From Naegleria gruberi (Eukaryota), in the NCBI GenBank assembly GCA_000004985.1, contig GG738937.1: 59,947 nucleotides of DNA; one strand, written 5' to 3'. Below are positions 11,027 through 21,269 of the stretch, piece after piece. The notes under the pieces were generated by a model, which had not been told where the DNA came from, did no database searches, and worked only from the letters and a program-made list of their open reading frames with translations. How positions within the stretch are numbered: the stretch's first letter is position 1; the number at the start of each line of letters is the position of its first letter. The translations under genes and the position numbers were made by a program.

Positions 11027-11556
11027 TAATGTTGTAAATGCCATTGTGAGATGGGCTTACAGGAATTTAACAGAAACCAAATAAGAGTCAAAAATCATTC
11101 ATTCTTTGTTGCTATTCGATTGTCAAAAACCTATTCAGAAAACCTCAAAGTAACTTTTCAAATAATCGATTCAGTGGTAGAACTTAAATTGAATTTCCAA
11201 AGATTGAAAAGTTATTCCTCCAGAGCCGGATTGACGATGTTTGCCTTTTGTTCAGTTTATTAAGGTAATTGATGGATCTATTTCAATGGAGTTTGATCAT
11301 ATTGGATGAACAACATCCTTATAGTTATCAATAACTTTAACAATTCCTGAAACACCAATGTGGTATTTACACCCAAAGTTGATTGTAGACAACAACCATT
11401 CCTCCAAATAAAAGATCGCTTAGCTGTGTCAATTATTAATTTTGGACGGGAAGCCTGCCAGGAATATGGCGACAATAAAGTCGTTGAAATTGAAACTTCA
11501 TAAATTTCAAAATTATTTACAATTTACAATTTACTGAATTATTTACAAGTTGTAAT

Positions 11557-11853
11557 TTACATCTTTTTCGATTTGGTAATCTTCTTATTTGTTGTGGTTG
11601 ATTGTTGTTTAGCTCTCTTTTCAATTGAATTTTTCGAAGATCTTTTCACTGAAATTTGTTTACCATTTAAATTTGCATGATGATAATCAATATTATTACG
11701 ATGTCTAGTTCCACTTATAATATTTGAAGTATCAATATCAAATAATGGTAATCTTTTAGATAAATCAATTGGTTTAGATCTTGACCAGACTGTTTTTGTT
11801 GGAATTCTATCTTCGGAAGATGAAGAATTTGATGAAGTATTTCTAGCTGGCAT
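11557..11853 (-). CDS. Small basic Ser/Asn-rich protein, paralog A (98 aa) with a GTRHRNNIDY motif
   Basis: ATG at 11853 and TAA at 11557. Shares about 45 aligned residues with the divergently oriented ORF at 12067-12282 (NIISGTRHRNNIDY...EKRAKQ versus NIIGGTRRRNLIDY...EMRNKQ). DNA identity across the motif is about 70 percent. Confidence 0.4.
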   Translation of the reverse strand: MPARNTSSNSSSSEDRIPTKTVWSRSKPIDLSKRLPLFDIDTSNIISGTRHRNNIDYHHANLNGKQISVKRSSKNSIEKRAKQQSTTTNKKITKSKKM

Positions 11854-12066
11854 TTTGATTAGTATTTGTTATTTAGTTATTTTGTTTTGTTGTGGAAATA
11901 TCATCCAAAACCAATTATCTATTTATTTCCATTGATGATTTCCACTAATTTTGTGATTCCGATTTTTAGTGGATTTTCCACTCATCACAAGAATTTGAAT
12001 TTTTCTATTAATATTTTGATGAAAGAAATTTAATGAAAACCAACAAAAGAAAATAACAATAAGAAA

Positions 12067-12282
12067 ATGGTCTCAACAAGAAGAAATATGTATAATTCCT
12101 CCAATAACACTTCACAATTTAATTCCGAAATTTCATTGGATAATATTATTGGTGGAACAAGAAGAAGAAATTTAATTGATTACAAAACATTGAATTCTAT
12201 TGGAAGTGAAACAAGTAAAACTTCTAAATCTCAATCACATAACACCTTAGAAATGAGAAACAAACAATTCAAAATGTGGTAA
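12067..12282 (+). CDS. Small basic Ser/Asn-rich protein, paralog B (71 aa) with a GTRRRNLIDY motif
   Basis: ATG at 12067. Paralogous to 11557-11853 on the opposite strand, head-to-head, with 213 bp between the two start codons. Confidence 0.4.
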   Translation: MVSTRRNMYNSSNNTSQFNSEISLDNIIGGTRRRNLIDYKTLNSIGSETSKTSKSQSHNTLEMRNKQFKMW

Positions 12283-12908
12283 TCTCCATTAAACTCAAAA
12301 TTTTGTAAACCTAGGCATTCATTGTAAATAAATCAAAATGTAAATATTCAATAAAGCACACAGTTGAGTTTTTTTGACCCCTTATTTCGTTGAACTTTTG
12401 TTCAATACACGTCCTACTTAAATTTCAATGTAATTTATCAACTCTGTGTTTACTTCATGTTCAACTATCTCAGAGAAGTTAAATCATACAATAACAAACA
12501 ACGACCATAATTCAGTTCTCAAAAACCATACATCTTGAAAGGCTTTTAAGATTTGTTCGAATTTCCACTCTTTGGTTTCTTCATACTTACCTTGAAGGAC
12601 ATTTCAGTGATCATGCAGACTGAAATGTGAATCTGGAAACTCTCCTCCTTGCACTCAGAGGATGAGAAGCCAGAATTTGGTCAATAATCAAAGTGGTTGT
12701 TGCCCTCCTTCTCAATTTTTTCCTGTGAGGATTCATCTGGTATGATTTCTCGCTCTGTTAAATAATAGAAATTTTGTGTGTGTTGGAATTTTGCTGCGGT
12801 GAAGATCCAATGCCAACTGAAACCAATACAAGGCAAATTATAGGTTTGCTGAAGCTACATCAAAATTCCAAAAGCTCAAGATTGTGAGCAAGTCTGTGGT
12901 AAAAGATA

Positions 12909-13001
12909 AAAAGACTACAGCACCACAGGTTCCTGGCTCGACGATGCTTAACTTCTCAAATCGGACGGGATGAGGTGCATTCATCGTGATATGGCCGTAG
13001 C
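12909..13001 (-). pseudogene. 5S rRNA variant (copy B) with a 28-nt internal deletion
   Basis: Its termini and central region match copy A, but the 28 nt caagttgtctccaacctcagtactgatg are missing. That removes most of the helix IV/V arm. Plus-strand 12931-12937 reads ggttcct followed directly by tggctcgacg. It shares the 30-bp upstream and about 20-bp downstream flanks with copy A. A T-run follows the 3' end. Confidence 0.7.
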
Positions 13002-13139
13002 CATTCACTTCCTTAATCTTTCACTCTTCAACAATATGAAGTAAATCTATCTTTAGAATAACACAAACATAGCACGGCGGGTACAATCAATAAGTTAACT
13101 AGGCACTTTACAATTTATTCATCAATTTCATACAAATAT

Positions 13140-13601
13140 TTAAGAAGTTCCATAATCAAAACAGTAAACATGTGCATTTGCAATTCCAACAAAACATTTG
13201 TTATTTCCATTACAACAAGTTCTAATGCATTTCCCAAACTTTTCTGGTAAACCTTCAAATGTTTTAATCTTTGATTTGGCAGATTTCAATTCTTCCAATT
13301 CAATTGGCATTATTTCTAACATACTCATTAGGTCGATACTTTCGTATACTTCTCTTTCGTCCTCTCTCAAATAATCTTCATTCAAGAATTGAGTAATAAA
13401 ATCCTCTGATGAATGAACTCCAAATTTTACACCAATCGGAGTTCGGTAAATTGCTAATCCCCAATCTCCGTAGCTGATTAACTTTAAAGCACCATTTGAT
13501 GTGGTTTCTCTTCCGATACAAAAATTATGAATTAGAAAATCGTTTAATTGGGGAGGTGCAAAAGTGGTTGGTGTGGGAGTAGCTTGTTTCTTTTTAGTCA
13601 T
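13140..13601 (-). CDS. Hypothetical protein, 153 aa, with a Cys-rich C-terminus
   Basis: ATG at 13601. C-terminal cysteine cluster CIRTCCNGNNKCFVGIANAHVYC. No recognised domain. Confidence 0.4.
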   Translation of the reverse strand: MTKKKQATPTPTTFAPPQLNDFLIHNFCIGRETTSNGALKLISYGDWGLAIYRTPIGVKFGVHSSEDFITQFLNEDYLREDEREVYESIDLMSMLEIMPIELEELKSAKSKIKTFEGLPEKFGKCIRTCCNGNNKCFVGIANAHVYCFDYGTS

Positions 13602-13662
13602 TTTTTTATTCGATTCAAAGTTAATTATATCTGCAAGTGCAAGTTCAAAAAAACAGATGGTA

Positions 13663-13977
13663 TCAACTTTCTAATAATAAAGTTGTTTGATAATAGGATG
13701 AAACAACAACTGTTAGTGTTGTTCGAAGAATGGTAATCAACCCAAACAAATCCAATCCGAAATTTTGACATTGTTCCAGAAAAAAACTATCTAATCTCAT
13801 CGATTTCCTTAAAAATCGAATACTCTTTGAATTTCTCACTGAACTAACTACATGCTCTTTGAGAGCTTGTAAAACAATTTCTTTATCAACTTTCAATCTT
13901 CCTCTAGCATTAGAAATAGAACCACCGTTTTTGACAGCTGTTAATACAATATCACGATCATTTAGTAGCTCAATATT
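13663..13977 (-). pseudogene. DUF4116-repeat fragment with no start codon, in inverted orientation next to the intact DUF4116 gene
   Basis: This minus-strand frame is bounded by TAG at 13978-13980 and encodes NIELLNDRDIVLTAVKNGGSISNARGRLKVDKEIVLQALKEHVV..., two DUF4116-type units (DkeivL.AVk.nG). There is no ATG before the repeats. The only in-frame Met is late, at RKSMRLD. The intact gene on the opposite strand starts at 14147, 170 bp away. Confidence 0.4.
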
Positions 13978-14146
13978 CTACTCATGAGTTTGGATGTGAA
14001 TTGAGTTTAACATGAAGTTAACTCATTATTTCTCCAGATAAATTTTCAGATAAATCCCAAAATGTTGTTATACGAGTGGAATAATCAAAATATATTTTTT
14101 CCTTTTTTACAAACTTAAAAAAATAATTCAACATCACAACCAACCC

Positions 14147-15100
14147 ATGCTGTCGAATATTGATAATTTAACTGATGGGTTTCTTGTCATTTTAATCCTG
14201 GATTCGAATATTAAATCCGAAATGTTTTTTCGTAAATTATCTGGCAAGCCAAAGAAATATGAAGTGACTTTAATTGTACATACCATGCAAGGTTTCTCCC
14301 TCTTGGGAGGTAAAAACCACCTAAACATTATAGGATTTGATCTTGTAAGGAACAGAAATCAAATTACAAAACTTTTAGTCAACTTGATCAATTCCAATTT
14401 CAAACACAATACAACTGAAAACCCAATTCTAAAAATGGTTTCTATATTCGATTTGTGGGATCATAAACCAGTTGTTCTCGCAATTTTCTCAATTCATTTC
14501 AAAGAAAAACGTCAACCGTTGCGAGCTGTCAGTAAAAGATTAAGAAATGACAAGGAAGTTGTGATGGCAGCATTTGAAAAAGATTATTCACAGTTTAAAT
14601 ATGCTTCCAGTGAATTGAGAGCAGATAGAGAATTTGTATTATTACTTGCTAGAAGTTTTGGTGATATTGGACTAGTTCTTGAATATATTTCTTCTGATTT
14701 GACAAGTGACAAGGATTTTATGAGTGGTTTATTTGAAGCAGATTCTAAAGGTTTTGGATACTTTCCAATTGAATTAAGATCAGATAAGGATTTCGTTTTA
14801 CAAATTATTGGTAAATCTACTTATGATTTAAATTTGGAATTTCTAAGACATTTGAGTGACAATCTTAAAGCGGATAAGGAAATAGTGTTGAAAGCAGTTT
14901 TTCCTAATGAATATTCAACCCAACAGCTAGATATCTACCTTAATAATGATAGAGAAATAGCTCTGACAGCTGTCAGGAAGGAACGTTTGGTATTTCGATT
15001 TCTATCAAAAGAATTACAAAGCGATGAAGAAATTCAAAAGTATATGATTGAATCGTTTGGTAATGATCTTGTCAATTCCAAAAAAAGGAATAAAATCTAG
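14147..15100 (+). CDS. DUF4116 repeat-containing protein
   Basis: At least five tandem units of about 35 aa: DKEVVMAAFEKDYSQFKYASSELRADREFVLLLAR, DKDFMSGLFEADSKGFGYFPIELRSDKDFVLQII, DKEIVLKAVFPNE, DREIALTAVRKERLVFRFLSKELQSDEEI. ATG at 14147. An internal Met at about 14437 could be the true start. Confidence 0.6.
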   Translation: MLSNIDNLTDGFLVILILDSNIKSEMFFRKLSGKPKKYEVTLIVHTMQGFSLLGGKNHLNIIGFDLVRNRNQITKLLVNLINSNFKHNTTENPILKMVSIFDLWDHKPVVLAIFSIHFKEKRQPLRAVSKRLRNDKEVVMAAFEKDYSQFKYASSELRADREFVLLLARSFGDIGLVLEYISSDLTSDKDFMSGLFEADSKGFGYFPIELRSDKDFVLQIIGKSTYDLNLEFLRHLSDNLKADKEIVLKAVFPNEYSTQQLDIYLNNDREIALTAVRKERLVFRFLSKELQSDEEIQKYMIESFGNDLVNSKKRNKI

Positions 15101-15252
15101 CATTTTTTAATTTTGTTATTCCAAAATGAAAATGTGAAAAGTGTTGATTACATTGAAGATGGAATTGTATTGTTCTGATTCGAAACCTTTCTAATAATTA
15201 ACTTTTGAGTGATCTTCAATGAAGTGAATTAAATAATGTTTCTAATAAAAAA

Positions 15253-16050
15253 TTAACCTTTAAAATTTATATAAGTTATTTCAACATCTTCACAATTATG
15301 ATGAGAAAGAGTTTGGACTGATCTGTGGAGTGCTGTTTTGTAATTTTTCAACAATTCAAAAAGAGAAGCATTCGAATCATCAGAATAATCTAGAAGAAAG
15401 TTGAGTACATAAATCAAACGATTGAAAACCAAGATATCTGAAGGATTTTCATCGATGTATCTTTGAAAGATTCGTCTTGCTTCTCTGACTTTCTCTACAA
15501 AGTTTGATTCTTCAGTTTCCACTTCAAATATCGAAACGAAAGAATTTTGTAAAACTTTAAATTGTGAATTACTATTCGATTGTTCCAATTCATAAAGCCA
15601 TTCATCAGGATTGACCAAATTTTCCCTCAATACTTCATGAACTGAAATAATCTGTTTAGTTTTCGAATTGAAAACTTCCATTTCGATTCGGTCAATTGGT
15701 CTAATCACAAATTGACTTATTACTACAGGTGATAACGTTCCACTATCCACCAAAACTTTACAATCAAGAGTATGCCCAAAAATTGCCAATTTTCTAGCAT
15801 TTGAAACAATTGGACCAACCACAGAATAGCAACGTAAAGAATGGTTTCCAATATTTCCAATGTACGCCATGTCAGTAAAAATTCCAATGCAATAACTAAC
15901 TTTTTTCTCTGATTTTCCAAGAATATTATCTAGAATTTTGCTAATTTTTAAGCTTGCCTCAATGGAAGCCATTTCACATTTCTTATTGGAATCGACGAAA
16001 GTGAGTTGGTATTCGTCTATTCCAAAAATGAGTAAATCCGAGACTTGCAT
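15253..16050 (-). CDS. Adenylyl/guanylyl cyclase homology domain protein (class III, divergent)
   Basis: ATG at 16050 and TAA at 15253. DLLIFGIDEYQLTF ... KISKILDNILG ... IGIFTDMAYIGNIGNHSLRCYSVVGPIVSNARKLAIFGHTLDCKVLV follows the class III cyclase motif order: FsDIvgFT, then ..IGDaYm.., then IGihtG.v.aGvvG...Y.vwGd.VN.A.r+es.g....i.vS. The same frame stays open upstream to a TAG at 16156-16158. A different frame is open into the 16162-19758 gap, so this may be the C-terminal domain of a longer gene. Confidence 0.5.
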   Translation of the reverse strand: MQVSDLLIFGIDEYQLTFVDSNKKCEMASIEASLKISKILDNILGKSEKKVSYCIGIFTDMAYIGNIGNHSLRCYSVVGPIVSNARKLAIFGHTLDCKVLVDSGTLSPVVISQFVIRPIDRIEMEVFNSKTKQIISVHEVLRENLVNPDEWLYELEQSNSNSQFKVLQNSFVSIFEVETEESNFVEKVREARRIFQRYIDENPSDILVFNRLIYVLNFLLDYSDDSNASLFELLKNYKTALHRSVQTLSHHNCEDVEITYINFKG

Positions 16051-19000
16051 GGTTTTGCAAAGAGTTGAAAGTCCATTAGCGATCTTGGAAAATATATTCG
16101 AAATTTCATTTGTCGAAACCTGTTCATGAAACCAAATAGCTTGACATTTACAACGCTACATNNNNNNNNNNNNNNNNNNNNNNNNNNNNNNNNNNNNNNN
16201 NNNNNNNNNNNNNNNNNNNNNNNNNNNNNNNNNNNNNNNNNNNNNNNNNNNNNNNNNNNNNNNNNNNNNNNNNNNNNNNNNNNNNNNNNNNNNNNNNNNN
16301 NNNNNNNNNNNNNNNNNNNNNNNNNNNNNNNNNNNNNNNNNNNNNNNNNNNNNNNNNNNNNNNNNNNNNNNNNNNNNNNNNNNNNNNNNNNNNNNNNNNN
16401 NNNNNNNNNNNNNNNNNNNNNNNNNNNNNNNNNNNNNNNNNNNNNNNNNNNNNNNNNNNNNNNNNNNNNNNNNNNNNNNNNNNNNNNNNNNNNNNNNNNN
16501 NNNNNNNNNNNNNNNNNNNNNNNNNNNNNNNNNNNNNNNNNNNNNNNNNNNNNNNNNNNNNNNNNNNNNNNNNNNNNNNNNNNNNNNNNNNNNNNNNNNN
16601 NNNNNNNNNNNNNNNNNNNNNNNNNNNNNNNNNNNNNNNNNNNNNNNNNNNNNNNNNNNNNNNNNNNNNNNNNNNNNNNNNNNNNNNNNNNNNNNNNNNN
16701 NNNNNNNNNNNNNNNNNNNNNNNNNNNNNNNNNNNNNNNNNNNNNNNNNNNNNNNNNNNNNNNNNNNNNNNNNNNNNNNNNNNNNNNNNNNNNNNNNNNN
16801 NNNNNNNNNNNNNNNNNNNNNNNNNNNNNNNNNNNNNNNNNNNNNNNNNNNNNNNNNNNNNNNNNNNNNNNNNNNNNNNNNNNNNNNNNNNNNNNNNNNN
16901 NNNNNNNNNNNNNNNNNNNNNNNNNNNNNNNNNNNNNNNNNNNNNNNNNNNNNNNNNNNNNNNNNNNNNNNNNNNNNNNNNNNNNNNNNNNNNNNNNNNN
17001 NNNNNNNNNNNNNNNNNNNNNNNNNNNNNNNNNNNNNNNNNNNNNNNNNNNNNNNNNNNNNNNNNNNNNNNNNNNNNNNNNNNNNNNNNNNNNNNNNNNN
17101 NNNNNNNNNNNNNNNNNNNNNNNNNNNNNNNNNNNNNNNNNNNNNNNNNNNNNNNNNNNNNNNNNNNNNNNNNNNNNNNNNNNNNNNNNNNNNNNNNNNN
17201 NNNNNNNNNNNNNNNNNNNNNNNNNNNNNNNNNNNNNNNNNNNNNNNNNNNNNNNNNNNNNNNNNNNNNNNNNNNNNNNNNNNNNNNNNNNNNNNNNNNN
17301 NNNNNNNNNNNNNNNNNNNNNNNNNNNNNNNNNNNNNNNNNNNNNNNNNNNNNNNNNNNNNNNNNNNNNNNNNNNNNNNNNNNNNNNNNNNNNNNNNNNN
17401 NNNNNNNNNNNNNNNNNNNNNNNNNNNNNNNNNNNNNNNNNNNNNNNNNNNNNNNNNNNNNNNNNNNNNNNNNNNNNNNNNNNNNNNNNNNNNNNNNNNN
17501 NNNNNNNNNNNNNNNNNNNNNNNNNNNNNNNNNNNNNNNNNNNNNNNNNNNNNNNNNNNNNNNNNNNNNNNNNNNNNNNNNNNNNNNNNNNNNNNNNNNN
17601 NNNNNNNNNNNNNNNNNNNNNNNNNNNNNNNNNNNNNNNNNNNNNNNNNNNNNNNNNNNNNNNNNNNNNNNNNNNNNNNNNNNNNNNNNNNNNNNNNNNN
17701 NNNNNNNNNNNNNNNNNNNNNNNNNNNNNNNNNNNNNNNNNNNNNNNNNNNNNNNNNNNNNNNNNNNNNNNNNNNNNNNNNNNNNNNNNNNNNNNNNNNN
17801 NNNNNNNNNNNNNNNNNNNNNNNNNNNNNNNNNNNNNNNNNNNNNNNNNNNNNNNNNNNNNNNNNNNNNNNNNNNNNNNNNNNNNNNNNNNNNNNNNNNN
17901 NNNNNNNNNNNNNNNNNNNNNNNNNNNNNNNNNNNNNNNNNNNNNNNNNNNNNNNNNNNNNNNNNNNNNNNNNNNNNNNNNNNNNNNNNNNNNNNNNNNN
18001 NNNNNNNNNNNNNNNNNNNNNNNNNNNNNNNNNNNNNNNNNNNNNNNNNNNNNNNNNNNNNNNNNNNNNNNNNNNNNNNNNNNNNNNNNNNNNNNNNNNN
18101 NNNNNNNNNNNNNNNNNNNNNNNNNNNNNNNNNNNNNNNNNNNNNNNNNNNNNNNNNNNNNNNNNNNNNNNNNNNNNNNNNNNNNNNNNNNNNNNNNNNN
18201 NNNNNNNNNNNNNNNNNNNNNNNNNNNNNNNNNNNNNNNNNNNNNNNNNNNNNNNNNNNNNNNNNNNNNNNNNNNNNNNNNNNNNNNNNNNNNNNNNNNN
18301 NNNNNNNNNNNNNNNNNNNNNNNNNNNNNNNNNNNNNNNNNNNNNNNNNNNNNNNNNNNNNNNNNNNNNNNNNNNNNNNNNNNNNNNNNNNNNNNNNNNN
18401 NNNNNNNNNNNNNNNNNNNNNNNNNNNNNNNNNNNNNNNNNNNNNNNNNNNNNNNNNNNNNNNNNNNNNNNNNNNNNNNNNNNNNNNNNNNNNNNNNNNN
18501 NNNNNNNNNNNNNNNNNNNNNNNNNNNNNNNNNNNNNNNNNNNNNNNNNNNNNNNNNNNNNNNNNNNNNNNNNNNNNNNNNNNNNNNNNNNNNNNNNNNN
18601 NNNNNNNNNNNNNNNNNNNNNNNNNNNNNNNNNNNNNNNNNNNNNNNNNNNNNNNNNNNNNNNNNNNNNNNNNNNNNNNNNNNNNNNNNNNNNNNNNNNN
18701 NNNNNNNNNNNNNNNNNNNNNNNNNNNNNNNNNNNNNNNNNNNNNNNNNNNNNNNNNNNNNNNNNNNNNNNNNNNNNNNNNNNNNNNNNNNNNNNNNNNN
18801 NNNNNNNNNNNNNNNNNNNNNNNNNNNNNNNNNNNNNNNNNNNNNNNNNNNNNNNNNNNNNNNNNNNNNNNNNNNNNNNNNNNNNNNNNNNNNNNNNNNN
18901 NNNNNNNNNNNNNNNNNNNNNNNNNNNNNNNNNNNNNNNNNNNNNNNNNNNNNNNNNNNNNNNNNNNNNNNNNNNNNNNNNNNNNNNNNNNNNNNNNNNN

Positions 19001-19758
19001 NNNNNNNNNNNNNNNNNNNNNNNNNNNNNNNNNNNNNNNNNNNNNNNNNNNNNNNNNNNNNNNNNNNNNNNNNNNNNNNNNNNNNNNNNNNNNNNNNNNN
19101 NNNNNNNNNNNNNNNNNNNNNNNNNNNNNNNNNNNNNNNNNNNNNNNNNNNNNNNNNNNNNNNNNNNNNNNNNNNNNNNNNNNNNNNNNNNNNNNNNNNN
19201 NNNNNNNNNNNNNNNNNNNNNNNNNNNNNNNNNNNNNNNNNNNNNNNNNNNNNNNNNNNNNNNNNNNNNNNNNNNNNNNNNNNNNNNNNNNNNNNNNNNN
19301 NNNNNNNNNNNNNNNNNNNNNNNNNNNNNNNNNNNNNNNNNNNNNNNNNNNNNNNNNNNNNNNNNNNNNNNNNNNNNNNNNNNNNNNNNNNNNNNNNNNN
19401 NNNNNNNNNNNNNNNNNNNNNNNNNNNNNNNNNNNNNNNNNNNNNNNNNNNNNNNNNNNNNNNNNNNNNNNNNNNNNNNNNNNNNNNNNNNNNNNNNNNN
19501 NNNNNNNNNNNNNNNNNNNNNNNNNNNNNNNNNNNNNNNNNNNNNNNNNNNNNNNNNNNNNNNNNNNNNNNNNNNNNNNNNNNNNNNNNNNNNNNNNNNN
19601 NNNNNNNNNNNNNNNNNNNNNNNNNNNNNNNNNNNNNNNNNNNNNNNNNNNNNNNNNNNNNNNNNNNNNNNNNNNNNNNNNNNNNNNNNNNNNNNNNNNN
19701 NNNNNNNNNNNNNNNNNNNNNNNNNNNNNNNNNNNNNNNNNNNNNNNNNNNNNNNNNN

Positions 19759-20310
19759 GTTGGATGTTCAATCAGCAAATCCAACAATTCCAAATAATTG
19801 TACAATAAAGATCTATTTAGTTTTTTCAATTCCGCAACATGATCTATACTATCTAGTGGTTTATCACCGTAAAGCTTTTTAACAGTTTCAAATCCTGTTT
19901 TAATTGGATTAAATTCATTCTATTTAATAAATAGTAGTGATGGTAAATAATTCAATCCAAATATTATCGATAAACAATAATAAATTGATCCAATTTGATG
20001 ATGATAATAATTTAAACAAAATATTAATTCCATTCCAATAATAATTTTAATTTGATGAATATTTTGATCCACAACATGACCAAACAACACCATCATATAT
20101 TGTTAAATATTATTTACATCAGGAGGAGCAAAAACTTACAAAAGATGTTAATGTTTCTCCGAATGATATGTATGTTTCTCCTCTAGGAACTGGTTTAGGT
20201 GGTTCTGGAGGAATATATTCACTCTTTGTTGGATGATACAATCTATAGAATGCTGGTGGTGGAGGAAAATCATCCTTAAAAGCCTCCTCTTCATTATCGT
20301 TAATCATCAT
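19759..20310 (-). CDS. MED7: Mediator subunit MED7, 5' part. Exon 1 is 20140-20310 and exon 2 is 19919 down into the gap at 19759, with a 220-bp intron at 19920-20139
   Basis: Exon 1: MMINDNEEEAFKDDFPPPPAFYRLYHPTKSEYIPPEPPKPVPRGETYISFGETLTSF. Donor GTAAGT, acceptor AAATAG. Exon 2: NEFNPIKTGFETVKKLYGDKPLDSIDHVAELKKLNRSLLYNYLELLDLLIEHP.... The spliced product parallels the human MED7 N-terminus (PPPP..Y.k.y, PKPPPPI....Y..FG, then [26 protein letters not shown]). The C-terminal half lies in the gap. Confidence 0.6.
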
Positions 20311-20574
20311 TTTTTTCAATCTTTTTTAATTCCTTTCAAATACTTCACATCATTAACATCACTAACAACTTTCTTTGTTCTTAATATTTCATCATTGATT
20401 CTTACTAGGAGTGCTAAAACATTTAATTTACTACTTGTTCAATGTAATTTTCTTTGTTCATCCACAATCAGTGTGTTGTATTTTCATCTCCCAACAAGCT
20501 TCAAATAAAAATATTAATAAAAATTTCCAATCATCAAAAAATAATCAATTATTCATCATCAACAATAATTTATC

Positions 20575-20931
20575 ATGTCGCAAACAGTAGCAGCCACCAC
20601 AGAAGCTCCACAAAAGACTGCTGAGGAATTGGAAAAGGAAGAGGAATTACTGTTTGAAAAGGGACCACTCTCGTTATTGTTGGAAAGTGTTCGTGAACAA
20701 ACACAAATTTTAATTAGTTGTAGAAATAATAGAAAATTGTTGGCTAGAGTTAAAGCCTTTGATAGACACTGTAATATGGTATTGGAAAATGTACAGGAAA
20801 TGTGGACGGAACAACCAAAAAGTGGAAAGGGAAGAAAAAAGTCAAAGCCAATCAACAAGACACGTTTCACAAACAAGTTGTTTTTGAGAGGAGATTCTGT
20901 AATTTTAGTGTTGAGAAATCCAAAGAGATGA
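20575..20931 (+). CDS. SMD2: Small nuclear ribonucleoprotein Sm D2
   Basis: Single exon, 118 aa. [87 protein letters not shown] is near-collinear with metazoan and fungal SmD2, including the Sm1 and Sm2 motifs. It is divergently oriented to MED7, 264 bp away. Confidence 0.85.
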   Translation: MSQTVAATTEAPQKTAEELEKEEELLFEKGPLSLLLESVREQTQILISCRNNRKLLARVKAFDRHCNMVLENVQEMWTEQPKSGKGRKKSKPINKTRFTNKLFLRGDSVILVLRNPKR

Positions 20932-21269
20932 TCGACTTTTTCGAGATGTGATTTAGACATGATTTTGAACACCTATTACCTCCATTTGTTTTCACACCAA
21001 TCTTCCCTTCTCAATTCCTATCACAACCAAAACAAAATAATGTAATACTTTGAATCTAGGCAAATAAATCTTCAAGATGATTCTTGATCCTTTTCCATTA
21101 AAATTCGAGTGTATTAAAGTATTTTCCAAAACAACAAGAGTGAATTATTTTGAAAAGTAGAAGATAAATATCCTTGCTTGATATCTTTAGACAATGATAC
21201 TATTGCGCTTTGATAATTAACAACAAAATATTCTCAACTTGTTTTAATTTTAAGATTTAGAGAACAAAT

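Noticed and set aside
12585-12630. A 9-bp-stem hairpin acatttcag-N12-ctgaaatgt, with a possible tiny spliced ORF (MITEMSFK|intron|MYGF)
   Set aside because: The stem is short enough to arise by chance in AT-rich DNA. The ORF terminates after four codons in the second exon. No support for a gene or a structured RNA.
20233-20972. ORFs 20233-20508 (plus strand) and 20559-20972 (minus strand)
   Set aside because: The first sits in the MED7-SmD2 intergenic spacer and the second is antisense to the well-supported SmD2 gene. Both are low-complexity with no homology.
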